A stretch of 52,612 nt of DNA, taken from NCBI GenBank assembly GCA_947625295.1, contig CANQNU010000003.1:1-52612 (forward strand), in the 5' to 3' direction. How positions within the stretch are numbered: position 1 is the stretch's first letter; every line of letters starts with the position of its first letter. Shown piece after piece: positions 19,924-28,657 of the stretch. The position numbers and the translations under genes are program-made. Below the pieces are notes generated by a model, which saw nothing but the letters and a program-made list of their open reading frames with translations, was not told the origin of the DNA and made no database searches. Source of the stretch: an uncultured Clostridia bacterium (GTDB lineage Bacteria > Bacillota > Clostridia > TANB77 > CAG-508).

Positions 19924-20553
19924 TTATTTCGAATATGTTATTATTCTTTTCTTCGTTTTATTAGCATCTGGCGTTGAGTCACTTTGTCCTTCTTCTGAAT
20001 CTACTTCTTCTTGATAATATTCTCCTAATTTCTCTATATATTTACTATTCTTTATTTCATCATAAATTCCGTATTCATTAGTAAATCTAATACCTAAATT
20101 TAAAAATTCTTCTTTTATCTTATCCCAGTCTTTACTATATTCACCAGCTCTTCCATATATAATTGCTGTAATAAATATTCTTTTTTGCTCTTCTCCACCT
20201 GCTAGTGCTTCTCTTTGTAAATCGATATAATTAATGTCATTAAACATACCTGTAATTGAGTCTTTTTTTTGATATAGTGTTAAATCTTCAAATACTATTT
20301 TATAATTTTCTTTGTATGCTTTGTAAATAGTAGGAATAATTGATTCCATTCCAACTAATCTTTCTGTTAAAACATTTCCTGAATCATCTATATTTTCTTC
20401 TACATACTCATAATCATATTCTCTGTCTCGATAATCTAAAATTGTTTGAGATGTTTTTCTAACTCTTCCAAAGGCATTGATACTTATGGACAATGCCACT
20501 ACAAATACTAATACGGCTGCTGCCATTTTTAATGCATCTGCTGCATTTTCCAT
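19924..20553 (-). CDS. pilin-like protein, divergent member of the MENA-type family
   Basis: 209 aa with N-terminus MENAADALKMAAAVLVFVVALSI. Confidence 0.5.
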   Translation of the reverse strand: MENAADALKMAAAVLVFVVALSISINAFGRVRKTSQTILDYRDREYDYEYVEENIDDSGNVLTERLVGMESIIPTIYKAYKENYKIVFEDLTLYQKKDSITGMFNDINYIDLQREALAGGEEQKRIFITAIIYGRAGEYSKDWDKIKEEFLNLGIRFTNEYGIYDEIKNSKYIEKLGEYYQEEVDSEEGQSDSTPDANKTKKRIITYSK

Positions 20554-20575
20554 AGTATCACCTCTTTTTTATATA

Positions 20576-21025
20576 TTATTCTTGATTATCTGTTGATCCA
20601 GCATTAGCGATTATTACCTTTGTAACATACCCTGATTTTTCATCAGACTTACAAGTAACTTTATATGATTTTCCTGTTTGTGCACTTCCTTTTTTTTCTG
20701 TTTGAGGAGTTTCTCCTGTATATTTATCACCATTCCAAGATGTATTTGCAGCTACTGAAATAACAACTTGTTTACTTGTATCTCCTGAATTTGTTAAATT
20801 GTTTTGAATAACTGTATTAATTAAAGCATTTACATTTGCTCCTCTAATGTTTTCTCCTTCATATTGTGTAAATTTTTGATTGAATGAAGAAACTGCTACC
20901 TCATCCATTGCATTACTGTCTACAACTCCTGATGCTTGTCTAAATATCATTATTCCTAATGATATAATTAAAATTGAAAGTAATATTGCTCCTGCAATAA
21001 TTAGTGCTTTTGATGCATTCTCCAT
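20576..21025 (-). CDS. pilin-like protein (MENASKAL family)
   Basis: The start is moved to ATG 21025 (RBS AAGGAGG), which gives MENASKALIIAGAILLSILIISLG. It shares the FNxxFxxYEG...G..V..LI..V..NN motif with its paralogues. Confidence 0.6.
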   Translation of the reverse strand: MENASKALIIAGAILLSILIISLGIMIFRQASGVVDSNAMDEVAVSSFNQKFTQYEGENIRGANVNALINTVIQNNLTNSGDTSKQVVISVAANTSWNGDKYTGETPQTEKKGSAQTGKSYKVTCKSDEKSGYVTKVIIANAGSTDNQE

Positions 21026-21110
21026 ATTTTTTTCCTCCTTAAATTTTAACTTTTGTTTATATTTATTATTACTTACTAACAATTAATATTAGTAAAATTT
21101 AAAAACTATT

Positions 21111-21542
21111 TTATTGTGTTATTTGTTCAAATAACATATATTTTACTTTATTGGTGGTTTTATGATAATCTATTTTTGTGCATTTGAATTGGATTGTTCC
21201 ATAATATTGTACGAATTTTTGCATTCCACCATTATAAAATGTTTCCATTGTGTAAGTTTCATCATTATCTAGCATTTTTATATCTATATTAATTGAATTT
21301 TCATCATTGTTTATATATCGACCTTTGTTATCTTGCTTAACTTCATTAATTTTGTTATTATCAACTGCTTTATTAATAACTGTGGTTAGGTCTGTCCCCA
21401 TAATGTTTTGGTCATAATAACTTTCAAATTCCATATTGGCTTTTTGTGCTTCATTGTACTTTACTTTATAGTTTAAATACATATATGAAATTCCTACAAT
21501 AATTATTATAATTATTAGAAAAAATATCGCTATTTTTTTCAT
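21111..21542 (-). CDS. membrane-anchored paralogue of the pilin-like family (no MENASKAL N-terminus)
   Basis: Likely start ATG 21542 (MKKIAIFFLIII, RBS AAGGA). It shares the EFESYYDQNIMGTDLTTVINKAVDNN motif and the C-terminal FKCT...KV motif with neighbouring genes. Confidence 0.5.
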   Translation of the reverse strand: MKKIAIFFLIIIIIIVGISYMYLNYKVKYNEAQKANMEFESYYDQNIMGTDLTTVINKAVDNNKINEVKQDNKGRYINNDENSINIDIKMLDNDETYTMETFYNGGMQKFVQYYGTIQFKCTKIDYHKTTNKVKYMLFEQITQ

Positions 21543-21625
21543 TTTTCTATCCTTTTTCATTATATCATTTTAATTTTTAATTTACAATATTTTTTTATTT
21601 TTTTTATCTTTTATTTCTTATTATT

Positions 21626-22141
21626 TTATTCCTTTACAAAGTCTACACGATAAACTCTTTGTGTTGTTGAACTTATATAAGCTTTGCACTTATAAGTTGG
21701 TAATTTTGTATTACTTGTGTTAATTTTACTTAATTCGTTATTAATATATTCATTATAATCTGGAGAAGTATTTAATCCTCCTTCAATATTTTTTAGTGTT
21801 CCTCCATCTTGTTTGATACATATACTAACATAATAATCTGTTATTTTATTATTTGTATTTTCAATTGCTGGTATAGAAATTTTTCTATCTAGTTGATAGT
21901 ATTTATTATTTTCAGTTGCTAAATTAGCTACTGTTATAACATCATAAATTGTAAGTCCAGATTTTCCTTCATATGAAGTAAATTGACTATTAAATTGGTT
22001 TAATCTATCAGTAGCTTGTTGTTCATGTAATCTAGCAGAAGTTGCTCCAAATGTTGTAAATAAATATACTGCTAATGATAAGATCATTATTCCTATTAAT
22101 ACACTTGCTGCCATAATTAATGCTTTTGATGCATTTTCCAT
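21626..22141 (-). CDS. pilin-like protein (MENASKAL family)
   Basis: 171 aa: MENASKALIMAASVLIGIMILSLAVYLF, then QFNSQFTSYEGKSGLTIYDVITVANLATENN. Confidence 0.6.
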   Translation of the reverse strand: MENASKALIMAASVLIGIMILSLAVYLFTTFGATSARLHEQQATDRLNQFNSQFTSYEGKSGLTIYDVITVANLATENNKYYQLDRKISIPAIENTNNKITDYYVSICIKQDGGTLKNIEGGLNTSPDYNEYINNELSKINTSNTKLPTYKCKAYISSTTQRVYRVDFVKE

Positions 22142-22163
22142 ATCTTTTTACTCCTGTTATTTA

Positions 22164-22955
22164 TTATTCAATTTTACCATTAAATTCAAAGTCTAATTCT
22201 ATAATTCTACCAGTTCGTTCATTATATTTTGAATCTGTACAATTAAAGTGTGCTCTTTTAAATTGTATATATTCATAATATGTGCAAATATCTGTGTAAA
22301 TTCCTCTATCAGAATCCATATCATTTTTTAAGTTTATAAAAGAAACTTCTTTTCCTGTATTTTTCTTATATAAATTTTCTGCTTTATGTTTATCTTCTTC
22401 TGATGGACTTCCGCTTAAAAATAAATTTGAAATTCCTGCTGCTAGATTATTTAAACTTGCCTTTCCCCCATAATTACTTTCAATATTTGATATTTTTACA
22501 TTAATAACATCATAAAATCTATTTGTAGTACTCTGTTCTAATTTAAATTCATATTTACCATTTATTCCTTTATTTAATACATCTTTAAATAATCTTATTT
22601 TTTTATCATATGTAAAACTTTCTAATTTATCTTGACTTCCAAAATTAATAACTATTGTCATAGGTTGAAATTGTAGGTTTTTTCCTGCATCTGTTCCAGT
22701 TGCCACGTCTGATTTTCTTCTGTTGTAATCTACTACTCTACCTAATAAAGAGTATATATCACTACCTCTTACGTCATTTCTATTGTATGTTTCGTATTGA
22801 TTATTAAACTCTAATACTTGAGCTTCTCTTGTAGTTTCAACATTGGTATCTTGATAATTGGACAAGTTATTAAACATAAGGAGTAATGCTCCTATAATTA
22901 TTAATGCAATTAGTACACTTCCTGCTATAATCAGAGCTTTTGACGCATTTTCCAT
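22164..22955 (-). CDS. pilin-like protein (MENASKAL family), largest paralogue
   Basis: 263 aa: MENASKALIIAGSVLIALIIIGALLLMF, then EFNNQYETYNRNDVRGSDIYSLLGRVVDYN. Confidence 0.6.
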   Translation of the reverse strand: MENASKALIIAGSVLIALIIIGALLLMFNNLSNYQDTNVETTREAQVLEFNNQYETYNRNDVRGSDIYSLLGRVVDYNRRKSDVATGTDAGKNLQFQPMTIVINFGSQDKLESFTYDKKIRLFKDVLNKGINGKYEFKLEQSTTNRFYDVINVKISNIESNYGGKASLNNLAAGISNLFLSGSPSEEDKHKAENLYKKNTGKEVSFINLKNDMDSDRGIYTDICTYYEYIQFKRAHFNCTDSKYNERTGRIIELDFEFNGKIE

Positions 22956-22977
22956 TTTCTTTTTCCTCCTTTAAGCA

Positions 22978-23733
22978 TTATTTCATAGCTGTCATTGTCT
23001 TGAAAGAAGATGACATACTTGTTAATCCTATAAATACTAACGGAACAATTAAGTATCCAACAAACATACATACCATTGGCGCAAAACCTATAGCTTTACC
23101 TATCATTCCCTTTCTACTGATTAATCTTTCATTAGATTCTTTTCTTTTTGCTTGATAATAATCTCTTTCTGAATCTAATTCATCAAAAGCATCTCTAATT
23201 GGAATTTTCTCAACTGCTGCCTGTAAACTTTCTATAATTCTAATTAATTGCATATAAGATACTTCTTCTTTCATTTCTTCTAGTGCTTCCCAAGCTCCAG
23301 CCTCATAATTGTTTAAACATTTTGTTATTGGCGCTTTAAATATATTAGAATATCTTTCTAGCCATTCTAGTATAATTTCTACATTAACTCTTTCAATTCT
23401 CATCAGCATTAATATAATTGTTTGGAATTGCATTACTTCGTCTTCCATTTCTAATTGTCTCATTTTTACTTGGAACATTAAAATCCATATTGGCGCCATA
23501 TAAGCAATTACCATAAATACAAATGCTAATAATATTTCGAACCATTGCATATATTCACTATTAATAATTTTTAATTTTTTATTGATTCTTTGTACAGCTT
23601 CTTCTATTTCGCCAGCATCTGCTTCTTCATAGAATTTAGATCTTTCTACTGCTCTTTGTATGTCCTTTTCAGTTGTATTTAACTTTCCTCTAAACATATC
23701 TAAAAACACATTATCTTGTTCTGTTATTTCCAT
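22978..23733 (-). CDS. TadC-like inner-membrane platform protein (T2SS F-family by context); may be fused to the upstream gene via the CGG-A site
   Basis: Hydrophobic segments sit at both ends. The start is either ATG 23733 (MEITEQ, weak RBS) or a continuation from 23763 in the +1 frame of the upstream ORF. The track ORF begins at 23811. Confidence 0.55.
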   Translation of the reverse strand: MEITEQDNVFLDMFRGKLNTTEKDIQRAVERSKFYEEADAGEIEEAVQRINKKLKIINSEYMQWFEILLAFVFMVIAYMAPIWILMFQVKMRQLEMEDEVMQFQTIILMLMRIERVNVEIILEWLERYSNIFKAPITKCLNNYEAGAWEALEEMKEEVSYMQLIRIIESLQAAVEKIPIRDAFDELDSERDYYQAKRKESNERLISRKGMIGKAIGFAPMVCMFVGYLIVPLVFIGLTSMSSSFKTMTAMK

Positions 23734-23743
23734 TGCCTTTTTC

Positions 23744-25054
23744 TCATCTTTTTCTGAGAGTCCGTCCAATAATATCATAATCTGTAGTTGGCTCTGTATA
23801 TACATAATCAATCGCTATTGTATGTAATTGTGAAAATATTATAATGGAAGCAAAAAATGTGACAATTGCAATCGAAATTCTATTAATGTATAGCCATTCC
23901 ATTTTCAATGGAGATGCCGCATCTTTTAACATTTGAGTTACTTTTCTATATTCTTTTGTTCCTTGTTTAGGTATAAATAAATCTACTACCTTTTTAATTG
24001 GTTTCTTTTTATATATTTTTTCTTGCCATGGATTTTCTGTATTTTTCGTATTTATTCCTGTAGAACCATTGTCTTTTAATTTTCTTACAAGTATGTAAGA
24101 TAAAAATGTAATTAGTAAAATAAATATTTGAACAATCATTCCTGGTTTTCCTAAATACCAGTTAGCTGTAAATGAAAAGTTTGATACTGCCCAACTTTTT
24201 AGTGGTTCTAATAATAATACTGGTGCTATAGATATAACTGATAAACTTTGAAATACATAATTTAGTTTATCTCTTTTTAATATTTCTAGTTGCATTTCTT
24301 GTGTAATATTGTTTACATTTTTTAAATATAATGATGCACCATCTACTTTTCTATCACCAAATTCTTTTGTTAAATATGATACTCCTGCAAATTCCTTTAA
24401 AAAGCTATTTGGTGCTATATCATAATATTTTTCTAATTCTGTTTCTGGGTCATCTGAAATTAATACCTCATATATTTTTTCACCTTGACTAGATACATTT
24501 TTCTCATCATCCTGTGATACTTGATAAATAGCTTCTTCTACCATGTTGAATTCATGGTAAGCATGTCTTATTTCAGAGAAAAAATCTATTTGTTCTTTAA
24601 GTAAATTATTGTCTATTTTATCTACAGAACCATCCATTAATGCATCTACCATAAATACTTCAAATATTAGTAGAATAAACATTAATAAATAATTTGTCTT
24701 TGCAACTATAACTGATAAAACCATAATCGGTACTATAATAGCAAGTGTTTTTGTAAGTATTTTGGCAGTATCTTTTCTAGTTATATATTCATCATCTATG
24801 TTAACAATTTCTAATCTTCTTCTTAATTTTAATACATATCGTTTTAGAAAAGGTATTTTTATATATGTAAGATAAAGTCTTTGAAATAGTATTTCAGAAG
24901 AAAATTTACTTTCTTTAGTACCTTGTTGTAATTTTTGAATTCTCTTATACTCAGACTTTTGCATTTTTTTAGATAAAATTACATATCCTATAACTATTAT
25001 TACAAAAGCTAGTGCTGCACCACCCATTATATAAAATAGCATGTTGTTACTCAC
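23744..25054 (-). CDS. TadB-like polytopic inner-membrane platform protein
   Basis: 436 aa with several hydrophobic helices, immediately downstream of the secretion ATPase. An in-frame CGG lies 6 codons before its TGA stop. Confidence 0.55.
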   Translation of the reverse strand: MSNNMLFYIMGGAALAFVIIVIGYVILSKKMQKSEYKRIQKLQQGTKESKFSSEILFQRLYLTYIKIPFLKRYVLKLRRRLEIVNIDDEYITRKDTAKILTKTLAIIVPIMVLSVIVAKTNYLLMFILLIFEVFMVDALMDGSVDKIDNNLLKEQIDFFSEIRHAYHEFNMVEEAIYQVSQDDEKNVSSQGEKIYEVLISDDPETELEKYYDIAPNSFLKEFAGVSYLTKEFGDRKVDGASLYLKNVNNITQEMQLEILKRDKLNYVFQSLSVISIAPVLLLEPLKSWAVSNFSFTANWYLGKPGMIVQIFILLITFLSYILVRKLKDNGSTGINTKNTENPWQEKIYKKKPIKKVVDLFIPKQGTKEYRKVTQMLKDAASPLKMEWLYINRISIAIVTFFASIIIFSQLHTIAIDYVYTEPTTDYDIIGRTLRKR

Positions 25055-25127
25055 TTACTTTAGCACCTCCTTATTTTGGTCTATAACTGTCTATATTTTT
25101 TATATTTTTCTTTACTTTTTTACTTTA

Positions 25128-27089
25128 TTAAATTTCTTTAGAAGGTCTTCCTCTTCTTTTTTGCATTTGAGCTGTTGAACTTACTTGTACGGTTTCTTGT
25201 TTTCTTGCATTTCCCCAATGTTTTTCTATAAATCTATCAAATGCCTCTAAATCTGTTTCATCCATATTACTTCTCATTTCTTTAATATTTGTGTCTGTTA
25301 TTGGATTTGTTATAATATATTCTCCATCAACATATTCTAATATATTTCTATGTTGATAAAGTTGTCTATCTGTTATCTTTGTAAAATAATGAGTTGCATT
25401 GTCAAAGAATCTATCAAATTTTCCTTCTAATGTCTTTTCATTTCTATGATCAAATGTATATTCGTTTTTGTCTTCTACTGGTATACATTCTGTTATTCTT
25501 TCAACATATCTTTTTCCTCTAAAATCTTTTGTTAAATGTATATCAAAATTTAATACTTGTACAACTTGTTCTTCAGCTGTTTTTTCGTTCTTAAATACTC
25601 CTGTTCTTAACATTGAGTTACGAAGCGCTGTTACTAAGTTTGGAAATGTTTTAGCATGGTGTGTAAATAATGTAAACTTAGATGCAACTTGGGCTGCTTG
25701 TATCATCCAAGATGCTACGGGGTCTGTTGCAACCTCTCCTATGATATTAACAGAACCGTCAGTTTTCTTTTGAACGTCCAAACCTTCTTGTCCAGAAATA
25801 GTATCTGTTTCACGGAATGTTAAAATATTTCTTGTTGGGTAAATTCTTCTTAAGTGAAGCTCGAATGCTGTTTCCTGAACACGTATATTCATTGTTTCAT
25901 AAATATTTTCTATCATTCCCATAAGCATTGTTGTTTTACCACAACCTTGCTCACCTGTAATTGATATGATTCTTGCTCCTTTTACTAGGTATTTTAATAA
26001 CTCGATTGATTCATCGCTTCCTGGTTCTCCTTTAAACCATTGTTCTAGTGTTGAACGTTTTACATCGAACTTTCTTACAAAGAATGCCCATGTTTCTGAG
26101 AAGCTTGGCCTTACAACAACAACACGAGAACCATCTTTCATTTCATTGATTTTATATCCATTTGTATCTGATAATTGTCCTGGATTATTGTATTTATATA
26201 TATTTTGACATACTCTTTTTAATTCTGCTTCTGTTCCAAATGTCAAAAATGCTAATCTAATAGATTTACCTTGGAAGAATATCCATATACTATCACATGC
26301 TCTTGGAACTTTATGTTCTGCAACTTGATCTAAATAGTCTCCATCTGTTTGTGCTACTTGGCTTAAGAAACTTTCTGGAAGTCCAGATACACCACCTGAA
26401 ACACCATCTATATTCATGTCTCTTACTTCGTCAATACTACTATAACCTTTATAATGTTGATATATTCTTTGTACTACAATACTTAATTTATCTTCAAAAG
26501 ATAATACTATATTTTCTTTTTCATATATTTCTTCTATCTCTTCACTAGTTATAACATAAGAAGGTTTAGTTTCTCCTTCTACGTATTTTAATTGTGCTAA
26601 GTTATACTTTTTTATCAATTCTGTTAATGCTTCATAACCAAATTCTATTTTATATGCATAAATCAATATATCGAATTTGTCTTGTGCTGTTAAAAGTGAT
26701 GGTATATCAAATGGAATTGCTTTTGATATATTAGTTTCTGTTACTCCATATTCTTTTTCTAATAAATCAAATATCAATTCTTTTACATATTTTTTATCAT
26801 TAACATCACCATATGTACAACCTTTTAATGCCTTTTTTAATTCATATTTCTTTTGTTTTCTTCTTTTTAATTCTTCTTCAGATAAACCAATATCATACAA
26901 ATTTACTTTTGTTATTTCATTTAATCTATTTTTTACGAATTGAGTCATTTTTTCTAAAGTATATGTTTTATCATCTACATTTATTTGTTGTTCAACTTCT
27001 GCATTTTTTTTCTTTTTTATGCTATAGTAGATTACATATACTGCGACCCCAATTACAAGTATTATTAATATTATGTTTGTAATTGACAT
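25128..27089 (-). CDS. CpaF/TadA-type (VirB11-like) secretion ATPase with N-terminal membrane anchor and C-terminal AT-hook-like tail
   Basis: 653 aa with Walker A GEQGCGKTT, IGEVATDP and a His-box-like FTHHAKT. The N-terminus IILIILVIGVAVYVIYY is hydrophobic. The C-terminus is QKRRGRPSKEI. Confidence 0.82.
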   Translation of the reverse strand: MSITNIILIILVIGVAVYVIYYSIKKKKNAEVEQQINVDDKTYTLEKMTQFVKNRLNEITKVNLYDIGLSEEELKRRKQKKYELKKALKGCTYGDVNDKKYVKELIFDLLEKEYGVTETNISKAIPFDIPSLLTAQDKFDILIYAYKIEFGYEALTELIKKYNLAQLKYVEGETKPSYVITSEEIEEIYEKENIVLSFEDKLSIVVQRIYQHYKGYSSIDEVRDMNIDGVSGGVSGLPESFLSQVAQTDGDYLDQVAEHKVPRACDSIWIFFQGKSIRLAFLTFGTEAELKRVCQNIYKYNNPGQLSDTNGYKINEMKDGSRVVVVRPSFSETWAFFVRKFDVKRSTLEQWFKGEPGSDESIELLKYLVKGARIISITGEQGCGKTTMLMGMIENIYETMNIRVQETAFELHLRRIYPTRNILTFRETDTISGQEGLDVQKKTDGSVNIIGEVATDPVASWMIQAAQVASKFTLFTHHAKTFPNLVTALRNSMLRTGVFKNEKTAEEQVVQVLNFDIHLTKDFRGKRYVERITECIPVEDKNEYTFDHRNEKTLEGKFDRFFDNATHYFTKITDRQLYQHRNILEYVDGEYIITNPITDTNIKEMRSNMDETDLEAFDRFIEKHWGNARKQETVQVSSTAQMQKRRGRPSKEI

Positions 27090-27103
27090 TTAGGTTACCC
27101 TCC

Positions 27104-27940
27104 TTATATTCTCATTGATAAATCTTGTAGTCTATAAATAATATTTTGTGATGCTCTCCCTACTTCTGCTAAAAATAGTCCATTTCTGTCATCTTCATCT
27201 ACATTTCTTAATCGTAAAAACAAATCTGGTACTTTTGCCTCTTCACATGCTTCGAAAAATAATGTATTATATGGAATTGTTGATACTTTGTTTTTTTCTC
27301 CCATATATCTTGATATGTTTTTTACTGTATATTTAGAAAATTTGTCATATCTTCCTATTAATATTAAAGATTTCTTTGATTTTAATATTGACATTTCTTC
27401 TCTTTTATCTATAAAATCATTAATACTTGATAATCTTTGACTTAGTACTGTAACAATTAAATTAGACTTTTCTAATATCTGTTGAACTATTTTTTCTCCC
27501 ATTTCTATATCTAAATCAACTAATACTAAATCATAATACTGATTTGCTGCTCTAATAATATCTAAATAATTTTCTTTTAATTCATCATATTTTTCTTTTT
27601 CTCCTGAAAATCCAGGTAAAATTTCAAGAGTATCTTTAAAAATAATTTTAGTATAGTTAGTTATATTTTGTGAAGTTATTTTATTACTTTTTAATATTTG
27701 TGTTAATCCTTCAATTCCATTTCCCATTGCGATATTAGTGTTTGGTCCAAATAATCCTAAATTCTTTTTTATCTTTCTTTCTTCCCAAAAACAATTATTA
27801 ATTGTTTTATCATTATATCCGGTTGGAATTAATAATATTTTATAATTATGCTTAATTGCCATATATGTTGCAATTGCCACAGCAGATAAAGTTTTTCCTG
27901 TTTGTTGTTTTCCATCATTCCAAAATGTTACAATTGACAT
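27104..27940 (-). CDS. ParA/MinD-superfamily ATPase (TadZ/CpaE-like)
   Basis: 278 aa with deviant Walker A GKQQTGKT near the N-terminus and a Walker B-like LVLVDLD. Confidence 0.7.
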   Translation of the reverse strand: MSIVTFWNDGKQQTGKTLSAVAIATYMAIKHNYKILLIPTGYNDKTINNCFWEERKIKKNLGLFGPNTNIAMGNGIEGLTQILKSNKITSQNITNYTKIIFKDTLEILPGFSGEKEKYDELKENYLDIIRAANQYYDLVLVDLDIEMGEKIVQQILEKSNLIVTVLSQRLSSINDFIDKREEMSILKSKKSLILIGRYDKFSKYTVKNISRYMGEKNKVSTIPYNTLFFEACEEAKVPDLFLRLRNVDEDDRNGLFLAEVGRASQNIIYRLQDLSMRI

Positions 27941-27942
27941 TT

Positions 27943-28639
27943 TTATACTCCTTTTTCTATTATCTTAATTGCCTTTCTAATTTGTGCCTCATTTTCAGTT
28001 CCCAATATTTCTTCTGCCATATATGCGATTCCGTCTTTATATTGAATACTTAACTTTTTAAATTTAATTTTAGCTAATCTTTGATTTTCATATATGACAC
28101 TTAAATCTCCATTTTCCATTGGGAAATAAATCTTTTCATCCCACGAAATTTTATATTTTGCTGAAAGGAAATTAAGATAATCATCTTCTTCTTTTAACAT
28201 TTCTTTTGAAAAATAAACTTTCGTTAAATTTATTTGTCTTTCTAATCCTGCAAAAATTTCTAATCCTCTTTTTAAAGAATATACATCAAAAGCTGTTACA
28301 AAATAATTTTTGTCAACTTCTTGTAGTTTAAAGTTGTATAAACCTTTCATATTGTCTATATCAATTAATACAAAATCATATTCTAATTTTTCTTCGTCAG
28401 GAACTCCTATATATTGTGCAATTTCTTCCATATTAGAAAAACCAACTGCTATATCCATATTTTCGAACTCTGTTATATAAGTTCTCATAGGTTTTATAGC
28501 TGGTACAACATATCTAACTTTTCCGAATAATTGTTGCATCAACAATTAAAACTTTTTGTTTTAATGTTGTTAATATTTTTCCAATGTACATCATTAAATC
28601 TATTTTGTCATAAGCACCTATAAAACCTATTTTTTTCAT
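27943..28639 (-). CDS. second ParA-like protein with degenerate P-loop; frame broken at an in-frame CGG (28523-28525)
   Basis: ATG 28639 has RBS AAAGGAG and gives MKKIGFIGAYDKIDLMMYIGKILTTLKQKVLIVDATII. Skipping the C at 28525 joins this to GKVRYVVPAIKPMRTYITEF... of track ORF 27943-28545. Confidence 0.6.
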
Positions 28640-28657
28640 ATGTATTTTTCTCCTTTA

